Of a stretch of DNA of 64,000 nucleotides, positions 18,732-27,648 are shown in pieces. Numbering within the stretch: position 1 is the first letter of the stretch; each line of letters begins with the position of its first letter. This DNA comes from Candidatus Multivoradales bacterium. GTDB taxonomy: Bacteria; Acidobacteriota; Thermoanaerobaculia; Multivoradales; JAHEKO01. The stretch spans positions 384,001 to 448,000 of the forward strand of contig CBDCVR010000013.1 of NCBI GenBank assembly GCA_965223155.1, given 5' to 3'. The notes under the pieces are model-generated. The model was given only the letters and a program-made list of their open reading frames with translations. It had not been told where the DNA came from and searched no databases. Both the position numbers and the translations under genes were made by a program.

Positions 18732-19835
18732 CTAGTAAAGCTCCCTGGGGTCCAGGCGGGCACCCGCTGGCCCATCCTCGATCCGATCGCGGAAGCGCGT
18801 CACGTCGAGCGATCCCGTCCAGGAGGCGACCCGTTGCCACGGTTCCGATTCAGTTGCGTGATCGTATTCCCGGGTCACCTGGAATTCGTAGCCGTCATCC
18901 AGCTCGACGGCGAACCGAAACCGCACCTCCTCCCGGGAGCCGGTCGGTGGCGCGAACTCGACCGCCTCGATCGGCCGGTCGCCATTGACCGCCACGGCGC
19001 GCACCTGGACCACGACCAGGCGTAGGTCTTGAGGCACGGCTCCAGCGGCAAAGTCATGACAGTAGATTTCCAGAAACGGATAGTCCGCGGGGATGCGGGT
19101 GTCCAGATCCACGATCCGGAAGCACCTGGGACAGTCCGTCGGAGCGATATCGAGCGCCAGGCTGTCTCCGCCGAGAGCCCGTTCCACGAGCTCGGGCTCG
19201 GCGCTGGTGCCGTTGGTAGTCGTACCGGCACCGAGGCTGCCCGGTCGATGCGGTACGACCTCGGCGCTCAGGGTGTAGCTCAAACTCAGAGCGAGACTGC
19301 CATCGTGCAGGGAGTCCCACAGCAAATCCGCGGTCAGCGAGTCCAGGGACACTTCATAGGTTTGCTCCGACCAGCGCTCGGGCTCGTCGTCCCAGGACCC
19401 AGAGGCGATCTCCCCGCCCGTGCCTCGCTCCGAGCCGGCATAGACGAGCGAGCTGCGGATCCCGGAGATCGGGACCGGCTCGAGTCGAACCGCTCGCCGT
19501 GCCCGCGCCTCGAGGTGTGAGCGCAGCGCTTCGACGCCGCCGGGATCGGCTTCCAGCCGCACCGAAAAGCGCAGAACCGAACGGGTCCAGAAGCGTTCGG
19601 CATCGGCCGTCGCCGTGGTCCCCTTGTAGCGAAACCGCTCGAACGCAAAGGCAGGAGCGCCGCCCTCGCGAACCAGCTCCAGCTCGGCCGGCAGGTACCA
19701 CCAGCGCAGCGAATCCTGATGATCCGGAAAGTACCGGAGGCCCTGCCCGAGGCGCACCTCGCTTGCCACTGGCCACGCTCCAGCCGCAGCTACCTGGACC
19801 ATTCCAAGCACGAAGAGCGGCAGGATCCGGATCAC
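18732..19835 (-). CDS. Short secreted scaffold-family paralog F (central region missing)
   Basis: GTGA overlap with the upstream gene; signal MIRILPLFVLGMVQVAAAGA; GLRYFPDHQD..WWYLPAELEL..GGAPAFAF..LRFSVRL matches the family N-terminus. Confidence 0.75.
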   Translation of the reverse strand: MIRILPLFVLGMVQVAAAGAWPVASEVRLGQGLRYFPDHQDSLRWWYLPAELELVREGGAPAFAFERFRYKGTTATADAERFWTRSVLRFSVRLEADPGGVEALRSHLEARARRAVRLEPVPISGIRSSLVYAGSERGTGGEIASGSWDDEPERWSEQTYEVSLDSLTADLLWDSLHDGSLALSLSYTLSAEVVPHRPGSLGAGTTTNGTSAEPELVERALGGDSLALDIAPTDCPRCFRIVDLDTRIPADYPFLEIYCHDFAAGAVPQDLRLVVVQVRAVAVNGDRPIEAVEFAPPTGSREEVRFRFAVELDDGYEFQVTREYDHATESEPWQRVASWTGSLDVTRFRDRIEDGPAGARLDPRELY

Positions 19836-21769
19836 TCGGCGAGCAGTCCCTCGATGGTTCCGGCCTGCAGGAAGACGAGCTCCGGGTTATAGCTGGACGG
19901 CGCAAGCCATTCGCTCGCAACTTCGTCATGGGCGGTATAGACGACCACCCGGTATTCGTAGATCGGTTCCTCGGCGTCGGACGGCGCGAACAAGGTCGCG
20001 ACCTCCCGAACCGACTCGGACCCTCGGCCGAACTCATAGCTCCGTTCGCTCAGGCTCGATCTCTCGGGATCGGGATCGAAGAAGCGCGAGCGTACCCGGA
20101 CGATGACCAGATCCAGCCCGTACTGCTCGAACAAGGCCTCGGTGTCGGCCACGCGGATGCGGACGTTGGTCTCCGGAATTGAGCCAACGCCGCCCCGCAG
20201 CGCGTCGAGAACGCCTTCCATCTCGGCGTCGCTGGGAGCGAGATCATAGTCGTACCAGGCGGCGACGGTTGCTCGGTCCTCGATCTGCGGAGAGATCTCC
20301 CGGTTCGAGATCGGGAGACTCTCTCCTGGAGCCACCACCGCCCCGCCAAGCGCGTAGCCTCGAAGCCGCAAGCGATTGCGCTCGCTCCGCAGGTACAGGA
20401 TGTGATTCAGGCGCACCGAGAAGGGATGCCCATTCTGGAACTCCGTCGTGGTTTCACCGGACCGCATCCAGGCCGCCCGCCCGTAGGCCAGATCATCGGC
20501 GAGGTTGAGGTTCGCGGTCACACCCAGCCTGCCCAAGTCATCGGACTCGTAGTAGACGTCGCCGCCCAGCCCCATGCGCTCGTTGGCAAGCGCCTCGACC
20601 AGGGACTGTCGCTCGGCCGAATCAACGCTCACCGAAAGAACGAACTCGCCTTCCTCATAGCTGAGCTGGGTGATCTCGGGCTCCTCCTCGACCAGGCGCC
20701 AGTTGAAGGCCGGCTCCAGGTCCGCGGTCAGGGGCCGCAGCTTCACGTCGGCAGCCGAGCCGCTGGGATTGCGATCCAGATAGGCCTCGAGCAGCTCGCG
20801 CAGGATCTCGAGGTCCCGCTGGGTCGTGCCGTCGGTCAGGGTCATGTTGACCAGGAAGTTCTTGCCCGACCCGTCGCTCGGCTTGCTGAAGAAATTCAGG
20901 TAGTAGCCTTCCTCATCGGTCCATTTCAGCGACCAGCGCTTGGGCTGGTAGTAGTAGACGCCGGAGTCCAAGTTCTGATCCTGGTAGACAATCGTGCTCA
21001 GATTCAGCAACCCCCGGACGTCCTCGAAGCCGAAGGCTTCGAGCTGGTCCACCAGGGGTTCGCTATAGAGCTGGATCTCGCGGCCGGCGCCCCGAGTGTT
21101 GAGGTCCCGGTTCTTCTCCTCGGACTCCTCCTTGGCTTCTTCGGGCGTCTTGAGCGTCACGGTGGCAACCTGGTGGGTGAACGCCCCCTGACCCACGAGG
21201 TCCGCGATGCCAAAACGGGCAAGGTTGTTCTTCTCCAAGTAGCCCTCGACCCGGTAGCGGCGGTAATCCGGCGGCAGGCTCGAGCGGCCGGTCACGTTCG
21301 GATTCGTGGTCGTGAAGTTGTCCTCGCGGGAGCGACTCCAGAAGCTGGTCAGGGGAAGCCGGTTCGAGCCCGTCTTGGTGGACAGATAGCCCTCGAGGCG
21401 GACGAACTGGTACCCGCTGCGTCCCTGTCCGGGCCGGCCGGCCCACACCGGGTTCGAGGTCGTAAAGTAGTCGCCCCGCGACGGACTCCACCATCGGTAC
21501 AGAGGTCGCGTGTCCTGCGGCTGCGCGGCATCGGGTGAGTGGATGTATCCCTCGACTCGAACGAATCGGTAGCCGTCCTTGGTCGCGCCAGAAGCTCCCT
21601 TCCAGCGCGGATCGCTGGTCGCGAAGTTGTCTCCTCGGGCATCGCTCCACCAGGAGTACACCGGAATCAGTCCTGCCTCCGCCGCGCCGGTGAAACTCAG
21701 CGCCAGGACGAGCAGGCCGGCAAACGTCCGGCTTTGAGTGCGACTTGGGCAGCAGTACATCCTCTTCAT
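19832..21769 (-). CDS. Secreted divergent scaffold-family paralog G with N-terminal triple aromatic repeat (DUF5648/beta-trefoil-like)
   Basis: ATGA overlap and GAGGAAGG RBS; signal ..TFAGLLVLALSFTGAAEA; three repeats P[VL]..[WF]WS..R.D.F.T....Y...R.EGY (about 21670-21230); then IVYQDQN..VYYYQPKRWSL resembling the family YYLP motif. Confidence 0.7.
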   Translation of the reverse strand: MKRMYCCPSRTQSRTFAGLLVLALSFTGAAEAGLIPVYSWWSDARGDNFATSDPRWKGASGATKDGYRFVRVEGYIHSPDAAQPQDTRPLYRWWSPSRGDYFTTSNPVWAGRPGQGRSGYQFVRLEGYLSTKTGSNRLPLTSFWSRSREDNFTTTNPNVTGRSSLPPDYRRYRVEGYLEKNNLARFGIADLVGQGAFTHQVATVTLKTPEEAKEESEEKNRDLNTRGAGREIQLYSEPLVDQLEAFGFEDVRGLLNLSTIVYQDQNLDSGVYYYQPKRWSLKWTDEEGYYLNFFSKPSDGSGKNFLVNMTLTDGTTQRDLEILRELLEAYLDRNPSGSAADVKLRPLTADLEPAFNWRLVEEEPEITQLSYEEGEFVLSVSVDSAERQSLVEALANERMGLGGDVYYESDDLGRLGVTANLNLADDLAYGRAAWMRSGETTTEFQNGHPFSVRLNHILYLRSERNRLRLRGYALGGAVVAPGESLPISNREISPQIEDRATVAAWYDYDLAPSDAEMEGVLDALRGGVGSIPETNVRIRVADTEALFEQYGLDLVIVRVRSRFFDPDPERSSLSERSYEFGRGSESVREVATLFAPSDAEEPIYEYRVVVYTAHDEVASEWLAPSSYNPELVFLQAGTIEGLLAE

Positions 21770-22545
21770 CCTTCCTCTTCTTGCGCCAGGATCCGGAGCA
21801 CGGCTGGTGCGCTCCGCCGGCCCTCCGCGTCCTCCACGATCACGTCCCGCACTCCAGGATTCGGGGCGAAGCCGCGGTCCAACTCGACCTCGACCAGCTC
21901 TTGGTCGATGAAGTACACCGGAAACTCGCGAAGCCCGTAGTCCGGCAACCGCGAAGTCCCGGCATGGAGATTCGCCAGAATCCAAACCTTCGAACTCTCC
22001 GAAAAGCCTTCTCCGAAGACCTCGAGGAGAAGCGCTCGGCCGGCCGGAATCGCAGCCGGCCGGATTTCCCGGATCGCCGGGCCTCCCGCGGCCGCGGTGT
22101 CAGGCTGGGTCTCCTCATCCCAGTTCCCGCCCGAGATCTCTTCCTCAGCCGGCACTGTCTCCTCCGCCCCGTCCCGGACCTCTCCGATGGTCAGAGTAAG
22201 CGCGAGTGAGCGCTCGCCGCTTGCCGCCTCGACCAGGATGGCGCGCTCCCTAGGTACTGGCGGCAGGCCCAACGGAAACTCGACAACCAGCCTCTCCGCG
22301 GAGCGTTCCGCGGGCGTCCGGCGAAGGTACCTGCCAGCCTGGCCGGCCTCGACCAAGATCACGGTGGAGCCGTCGAAGCCCGCACCGTTCAGGACCAGAG
22401 AGAAGGCCGTCCGCGCCGGAACGCTCGCGGGCTCGAGCGAAGCGAGTTCCGGACGAGCGGATTCAGTCTCAGAGCCGGAGCCGGTACCGGCGCCGGACGT
22501 CGCCACAGAAATCAGGACCGCGAGGACAAGAGCCAGTTGGCGCAT
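21766..22545 (-). CDS. Secreted protein with two IPT/TIG-like Ig domains
   Basis: Signal MRQLALVLAVLISVATSGA; repeats PELASLEPASVPA..FSLVLNGAGF and PAIREIRPAAIPA..LLLEVFGEGF separated by an acidic linker. Confidence 0.75.
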   Translation of the reverse strand: MRQLALVLAVLISVATSGAGTGSGSETESARPELASLEPASVPARTAFSLVLNGAGFDGSTVILVEAGQAGRYLRRTPAERSAERLVVEFPLGLPPVPRERAILVEAASGERSLALTLTIGEVRDGAEETVPAEEEISGGNWDEETQPDTAAAGGPAIREIRPAAIPAGRALLLEVFGEGFSESSKVWILANLHAGTSRLPDYGLREFPVYFIDQELVEVELDRGFAPNPGVRDVIVEDAEGRRSAPAVLRILAQEEEG

Positions 22546-22551
22546 CGGTTT

Positions 22552-24195
22552 CTAGCGAACCACCAGGGCCGCGAAGTTGGCATCGGACTTGGCTCCGGAG
22601 CGGTCGTGGCAGACCACCGAAGCGGTGAACCCTGAATAGCTCCAGCCGACCACCTTGCACAACCGGTTACTGCCACCCACGGCGGTAACCTGCACCGTCC
22701 CGCCCTTGCCACCACCCGAACCCAGGCCAGGCAAGCGAACCGAATAGGTACCGGCCCCGCTCCGCCGCACCTCGCCGCCCTGGCCGGTCGAGTTGTAGAG
22801 ATAGCTCGGCGATCGCAGCCGGTCGTACTCCGAAGCGACGTAGCCCAAACGGCCGAAGCCGGCCGGCCGCGAAGCGACGAGAATCTCGAAGCGGCCGTCG
22901 GAGCGGCCTCCAGCGGCGTTGAAACACTGCACACTCGCCTCGAGCCGGCTCGCGCTAGCGGTGCGCCAGCTCTGGAGCGAACAGTCGATCGCCCGGGACT
23001 CGCGCGCGGTTACCTGAACGTGAGTCGCGGCGGTGTGGCGAAAGTTGTCGAAGGTCACCTGATAGATGCCGGTGCTCGAGCGCCGGACGTCGACCGCGGC
23101 ACCGCCGGCCACGGCGGGACGGTACTCAGCCTGGGTAGCTCGATCGGCGTAGGCAAAGGCGGAACCACCCGCGGCGGAGCTGCGAACCAGGGCCGTGAAC
23201 CGGGAATCGGTTGGCACGCCTGTGGGCGCGAAGCAGTACACCATGAGGGAGGTCCCGCCGCTTGCCGGCAAGAATCCACCAGCGTTACACCGTTCCGGAC
23301 CGCTACCGTACGCGGTCACCTGACCGTGGAGGGCGGAACCCGAGAAGCGCTCGAAGGTGACTTGGTACCGTCCTGCGCCGATGCGCCGGACCTGGACGCC
23401 GCCGCGGGGATTGTAGGCGTAGGTCGCGCTCGGCCTGTAGCTCGGCTCGGACGCCTTCTCTGCCCAGACGTAGGCGTAGTTCGCCAGACTCGGAACCTCC
23501 GCCACCACTCCCCCGACCGTGCCAACGGTAGTGGTCGTCGTCGGAGGGCTCGTTGATCCGCCTCCTCCACTTCTCGAGCCCCCTCCCGAAACAGCCCCCG
23601 AAGGCGTGTCGCCGACCGGGATGGGGATCACGACGTCACTCGAGAGCCCGGTTTCGGCGCTCTCCAAGCCATCCTCTCGCGCCGGCTCGTCGTCTCCTTC
23701 GGTCAATGCAGTGCCAGCAGCGCCCCAGGCTCGGTTCTTGGTGAAGAACTTCTTCGCGAAGCTCCGGCCACCCCTCCGAAGCTTGATCTCGAAGCCAGCG
23801 CTGGTGATGGCTCCTTCCCCTTCGAAGGTCACCCGAACCAGAGTCGTGCCCGCGGACGTGGTGAGTGCGACCGCTTCGCTCGAAAACCCGTCCAGAGAGC
23901 GCAGGGACCGATCGATCGGCCGTGCCGTGAGCTGAACCTCGGTGGGGGCCTCGACCTCTTGATACCCGACCCGAAACGTCGCCTGAAAGGCATCGCCTTC
24001 CACTTCCTCGAACGACACGATCTCCTTGCTTCGGCCGAGGGCGTCTTCGAGGATGTCCCGGAGTTGGGCCTCACCCGCGCCGGGCCAGACCAAGGCGAGT
24101 GCCGCGGCAATCGCCGGGGCGAGTCGGGGAAACGACCGAGCGTGGCTCCGCCGCCCCCACCCCCAACAACTCGTGCATCGCATCTGCTTCCCCAT
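22552..24195 (-). CDS. Secreted protein: N-terminal beta domain, Gly/Thr linker, three tandem ~100-aa Cys-containing beta repeats
   Basis: GGAGG 9 nt before ATG 24195; signal ..LAPAIAAALALVWPGAGEA|Q; three repeats with VRR...G.Y.V, QVTA..C, V.C....G...D..F (about 23480-22555). Confidence 0.75.
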   Translation of the reverse strand: MGKQMRCTSCWGWGRRSHARSFPRLAPAIAAALALVWPGAGEAQLRDILEDALGRSKEIVSFEEVEGDAFQATFRVGYQEVEAPTEVQLTARPIDRSLRSLDGFSSEAVALTTSAGTTLVRVTFEGEGAITSAGFEIKLRRGGRSFAKKFFTKNRAWGAAGTALTEGDDEPAREDGLESAETGLSSDVVIPIPVGDTPSGAVSGGGSRSGGGGSTSPPTTTTTVGTVGGVVAEVPSLANYAYVWAEKASEPSYRPSATYAYNPRGGVQVRRIGAGRYQVTFERFSGSALHGQVTAYGSGPERCNAGGFLPASGGTSLMVYCFAPTGVPTDSRFTALVRSSAAGGSAFAYADRATQAEYRPAVAGGAAVDVRRSSTGIYQVTFDNFRHTAATHVQVTARESRAIDCSLQSWRTASASRLEASVQCFNAAGGRSDGRFEILVASRPAGFGRLGYVASEYDRLRSPSYLYNSTGQGGEVRRSGAGTYSVRLPGLGSGGGKGGTVQVTAVGGSNRLCKVVGWSYSGFTASVVCHDRSGAKSDANFAALVVR

Positions 24196-24285
24196 GCCAG
24201 CAGTCCTCCCCGGAATGGCCAATCCGCAGCGCACCACTCCCACGTCGCGTGCCTATGGCGTCAACACTTTGTCTCGACGCCCGAG

Positions 24286-24296
24286 ATCATATACCA
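24286..24296 (-). promoter_or_regulatory. Possible -10 element for the 14-gene operon
   Basis: TGGTATATGAT on the minus strand about 90 bp upstream of the first ATG; no clear -35. Confidence 0.25.
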
Positions 24297-24501
24297 GCCG
24301 CGAACCACGGTTCTCGCGGAACCGGAGCGCCCTTCTCGCCTCGGCACGACACTACGAAGCTGTCACCGGTCGGCGATTCGCTGGCCGCGCGGTCAGGAAA
24401 TCGCGAACCCATGGTCTGACCCCTTGCTGGGCCGCCTCAGCCCGGAGTCGAGCTGAGACTCCGCAGAGAACTCGGCGGCGAAAAAGAACTGAACTCCGAG
24501 G

Positions 24502-25293
24502 CTAGGGATTCACGTCGACATCCGTGCGATCGGGTAGCTCTTTGCGGGTCGAGGTGACCGGCACGACGACGGCTCCCGACTTGCCGATCATTCCCCACCG
24601 TCCGCCGACCACTCGGTAATGCTCGCTTTCAGGGATGGGCTCGGGTTTGCAGCCTTGGCAGACGATCGCCAAGCCGTTCTTGAAAGGGAAGGCAAAATCC
24701 CATGCTGGCGCGATCACGACTTCGAGGTCCCGGTTGACGAAACCAAAGGGTCCGTACCGCTGACCGCGGAGAACCGTACGAGCCAGCCCCTCCTCGAAAT
24801 AGTCGGGGCCATTGTCATAGATGAAGGCCCAGGCGGTTGTCCCGTCCTTCGAGATTCAGGCGACTCTCGTGAACTCGACGTGAATCGCGGCGAGTCCATA
24901 TTCGTCGAATTCAAGCTCGTCATAGAGCCATTCGGCAGGTCTGAGAGAGCCATCGCCCGTGACCCCGCCGCAGTCCTGCCATCGCTGCAACGCGTCGGCG
25001 GCGCCGCCAAGGCCCCAGACCATGCATTCGAGATTCGTCTCGCGCAGGGCCTGGTGCGACGTACAGGAGATCGAAGGCAAGATCCCGAGCACGAGCCCCA
25101 CGAGGGCTGACGGGAGCAGGTTCGCTCCGCGAAGACGTTGCTTGAAGCCCTGGATCGCGACGCGCCCGAATCCGGATCCGGGACTGGCCCCGTCCTGCAA
25201 TCGACGGTCCCCGGCAGGCAGGGTGCCGCGACGACCTTGCGGGCCTGTCGAACAGGTAGAGACTCCTGAGACAACGAACTCGGGTCGCAACAT
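24502..25293 (-). pseudogene. WG-repeat lipoprotein interrupted by an in-frame TGA at 24858-24856
   Basis: ORFs 24856..25302 and 24502..24717 are in the same frame. Manual read-through gives RVA*ISKDGTTAWAFIYDNGPDYFEEGLARTVLRGQRYGPFGFVNRDLEVVIAPAWDFAFPFKNGLAIVCQGC..GRWGMIG, a continuous WG-repeat signature. Lipobox-like LPSISC; start uncertain. Confidence 0.7.
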
Positions 25294-25428
25294 GCCCGCC
25301 ACGCCCCAGACTACCTCGACCGCCGCTTGCCCGGCCTTCGAGGGTGCATGGGCAACGTTCTGACTGAATCTTGCGCCCCGCGCCGGCCGTTCCGAGCGGC
25401 CTTCCCGGCGAGGCCCGGGCCGGAAGGC

Positions 25429-27642
25429 TCAGGCTTCGGCGCGCAAGGCGCCGTCGAGCAGCCGGGCGAGAACCCGCGGCTCGAGCGGGTGCGAGAAGAG
25501 GTAGCCCTGGACGAGATCGCAGCCGTGCTCGACCAGCACGTCCGCCTCGGCTTGCCGTTCGACACCCTCGGCGACCACTCGGACTCCGAGGCTGTGGGCC
25601 ATGGCGATGATGGCCGCGACCATCGACTCCTCGCCCTCCGGCACGTCGCAGTGGCGAACGAAGCTCTGGTCGATCTTCAGCGTATCGATCGGCAGCCGCT
25701 TGAGGTAGCTGAGCTGGGAATGGCCGGTGCCGAAGTCGTCGAGCGCGATGCGGACGCCCGCCTCACTCAGGCGCTCCAAGTTGCGGGTTCCGAGCTCGAG
25801 GTTCCGAATGAGGGCGCTTTCCGTGAGCTCGATCTCGACGTCGCCGGGCTCGAGCCCAACGGCGGCAATCTCTGCGAGAACGAAGTCCGCGAAGGTCTTC
25901 AGTTGCAGGTGTAACGCCGAGATGTTGAGGGCCACCGTGACGTCGCTACGGCCCTGCTCGTGCCAGGAGGCCGCGTGCCGGCAGGCCTGCCGGACGACTT
26001 CCTGCTCCAAGGGCACGATGAGACCCGACTCCTCGGCCAAGGGGATGAACTCGGCCGGCGAAAGGATCTCGCCGGAGCTGCGTATCCGAGCCAACGCCTC
26101 CGCGGCGACGATCTCGTCCCGAGACAGATCGAACTGGGGCTGGAAGTGCACGAGAACGTCGCCGTCTTCAAGAGCTCGGCGCAGGTCGGACTCCAGGACC
26201 ATCCTGCCGACCGCGGCATCGGTCATCTGGGGCTCGAAGAACTGCACCCGGTTCCGGCCCAGCTCCTTGGCACGGTACATGGCGAGATCGGCGTGCTTGG
26301 TGAGCGTGCCGGCATCCTCGCCGTGCTCGGGAAAGATGCAGACCCCGATGCTGGCGCTGATGTAGAGCTCGCGGCCTTGAACGTCGAGCGGCGCGGAAAA
26401 GGACTCGAGGAGCCTCTCGGCCAAGCCCAGCGCCGCCTCGTGCGAAGGCAGGCCGTCCTGGAGAATCACGAACTCATCGCCCCCCAGACGCGCCACGGCG
26501 TCTCCGGCGCGCACCTGCTTCTGGATACGCTGGGCCACCGCTCGCAGCAAGAGGTCGCCGGTGGCGTGTCCCAGCGTGTCGTTGATGGTCTTGAACCGAT
26601 CCAGGTCCACGAACAGAAGGCCCAGCAGGCGCGACTCGTTGCGGGCGCGGGCCAGGGCGGACGCCAAGGTCTGGTTGAACTGGACGCGATTCGGCAGGCC
26701 GGTCAGGTCGTCGAAGTAGGCGTGGTAGCGAATTGCTTCCTCGGCCCGGCGCTGCTCGGTGATGTCCCGGAAACTCCACACCCGGCCGATCGTCCGGCCG
26801 CCGATGCGCTGCGGCTGCGAGAAGCGCTCGAAGACCCGGCCGTCCTTGAACTCCAATGTGTCCGAGCTCGAGGCCTCGGGGCTGGCGTAGAGCTCGCGCA
26901 CCTTGGCGACGAACGCATCGGGATCCACGAGCTGCGACAGCACGCTAGCGATAGCGGCCTCATCGTCTCGCGCCTCCAGGTGCTCGACCGGTACGTTCCA
27001 CATCTCCCGGAAGCGGCTGTTGAACGCCGAGATGCGTCCGGCCTCGTCGACCACCAGCATGCCGTCCGCGGTCGAGTCGAGGGTCGCTTGCAGCAGCGAA
27101 AGCGATTCTTCGAGCTCCCGCTCGGCGTGCCTGCGCTCACTGATGTTGCGAATCACCGCCAGCCGATCGCCGCCGACCAGAGGCACGATCCTGGCCTCGT
27201 ACGAATGCTCGTCCGGATCCCCGAAGGAGTATTCGACTCTCGCCGTGGCCTGGCCGGCCTCCAACTCCTCCAAGGCTTCGCGGAACGCCGCGGCAACTTC
27301 CGGAATCGGAATATCGTGCACCTTCTTGCCGATGAGCTCCGCGCGGCCGGCGTAGAGGTCGACGTCGTCGGATGCCGTGCAGTCGCGAATGGTGCCGGCG
27401 GCGTCGAGATGCAGAAACAGATCGGGGAACGCCTCGACGATACCCCGGAGCTTCGAGTTGGTCTCGAGGAGCTCCCGCGAGCTCAGCTCCAGGGCTCGCT
27501 CGAGCATCCGGCGGTCACTGTCGGCCTCCCGGTAGGCCTCATCGACCGCCTCGACGAGTTTGTTCCAGGGCGCCGGAATCTCGAACCCCTTGCCATAGAG
27601 CCGCCGAAGCTGGCGTGCCAGAAGGCTGTGGAGCTCGGACAT
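25429..27642 (-). CDS. PAS-PAS-GGDEF-EAL diguanylate cyclase/phosphodiesterase
   Basis: DLDRFKTINDTLGH, RLGGDEF, AAEALAR, DDFGTGHS, VVAEGVE, QGYLFS; two PAS-like segments. Confidence 0.95.
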   Translation of the reverse strand: MSELHSLLARQLRRLYGKGFEIPAPWNKLVEAVDEAYREADSDRRMLERALELSSRELLETNSKLRGIVEAFPDLFLHLDAAGTIRDCTASDDVDLYAGRAELIGKKVHDIPIPEVAAAFREALEELEAGQATARVEYSFGDPDEHSYEARIVPLVGGDRLAVIRNISERRHAERELEESLSLLQATLDSTADGMLVVDEAGRISAFNSRFREMWNVPVEHLEARDDEAAIASVLSQLVDPDAFVAKVRELYASPEASSSDTLEFKDGRVFERFSQPQRIGGRTIGRVWSFRDITEQRRAEEAIRYHAYFDDLTGLPNRVQFNQTLASALARARNESRLLGLLFVDLDRFKTINDTLGHATGDLLLRAVAQRIQKQVRAGDAVARLGGDEFVILQDGLPSHEAALGLAERLLESFSAPLDVQGRELYISASIGVCIFPEHGEDAGTLTKHADLAMYRAKELGRNRVQFFEPQMTDAAVGRMVLESDLRRALEDGDVLVHFQPQFDLSRDEIVAAEALARIRSSGEILSPAEFIPLAEESGLIVPLEQEVVRQACRHAASWHEQGRSDVTVALNISALHLQLKTFADFVLAEIAAVGLEPGDVEIELTESALIRNLELGTRNLERLSEAGVRIALDDFGTGHSQLSYLKRLPIDTLKIDQSFVRHCDVPEGEESMVAAIIAMAHSLGVRVVAEGVERQAEADVLVEHGCDLVQGYLFSHPLEPRVLARLLDGALRAEA

Positions 27643-27648
27643 GCCTCG

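Noticed and set aside
8585-21769. Contractile injection system (eCIS/T6SS) or phage tail cluster
   Set aside because: No sheath, tube, VgrG/PAAR, baseplate or ATPase motifs; all proteins have Sec-type signal sequences, unlike CIS structural proteins.
24856-24858. Selenocysteine or genome-wide TGA recoding
   Set aside because: No redox motif context or evident SECIS; TGA terminates many intact genes in this window.
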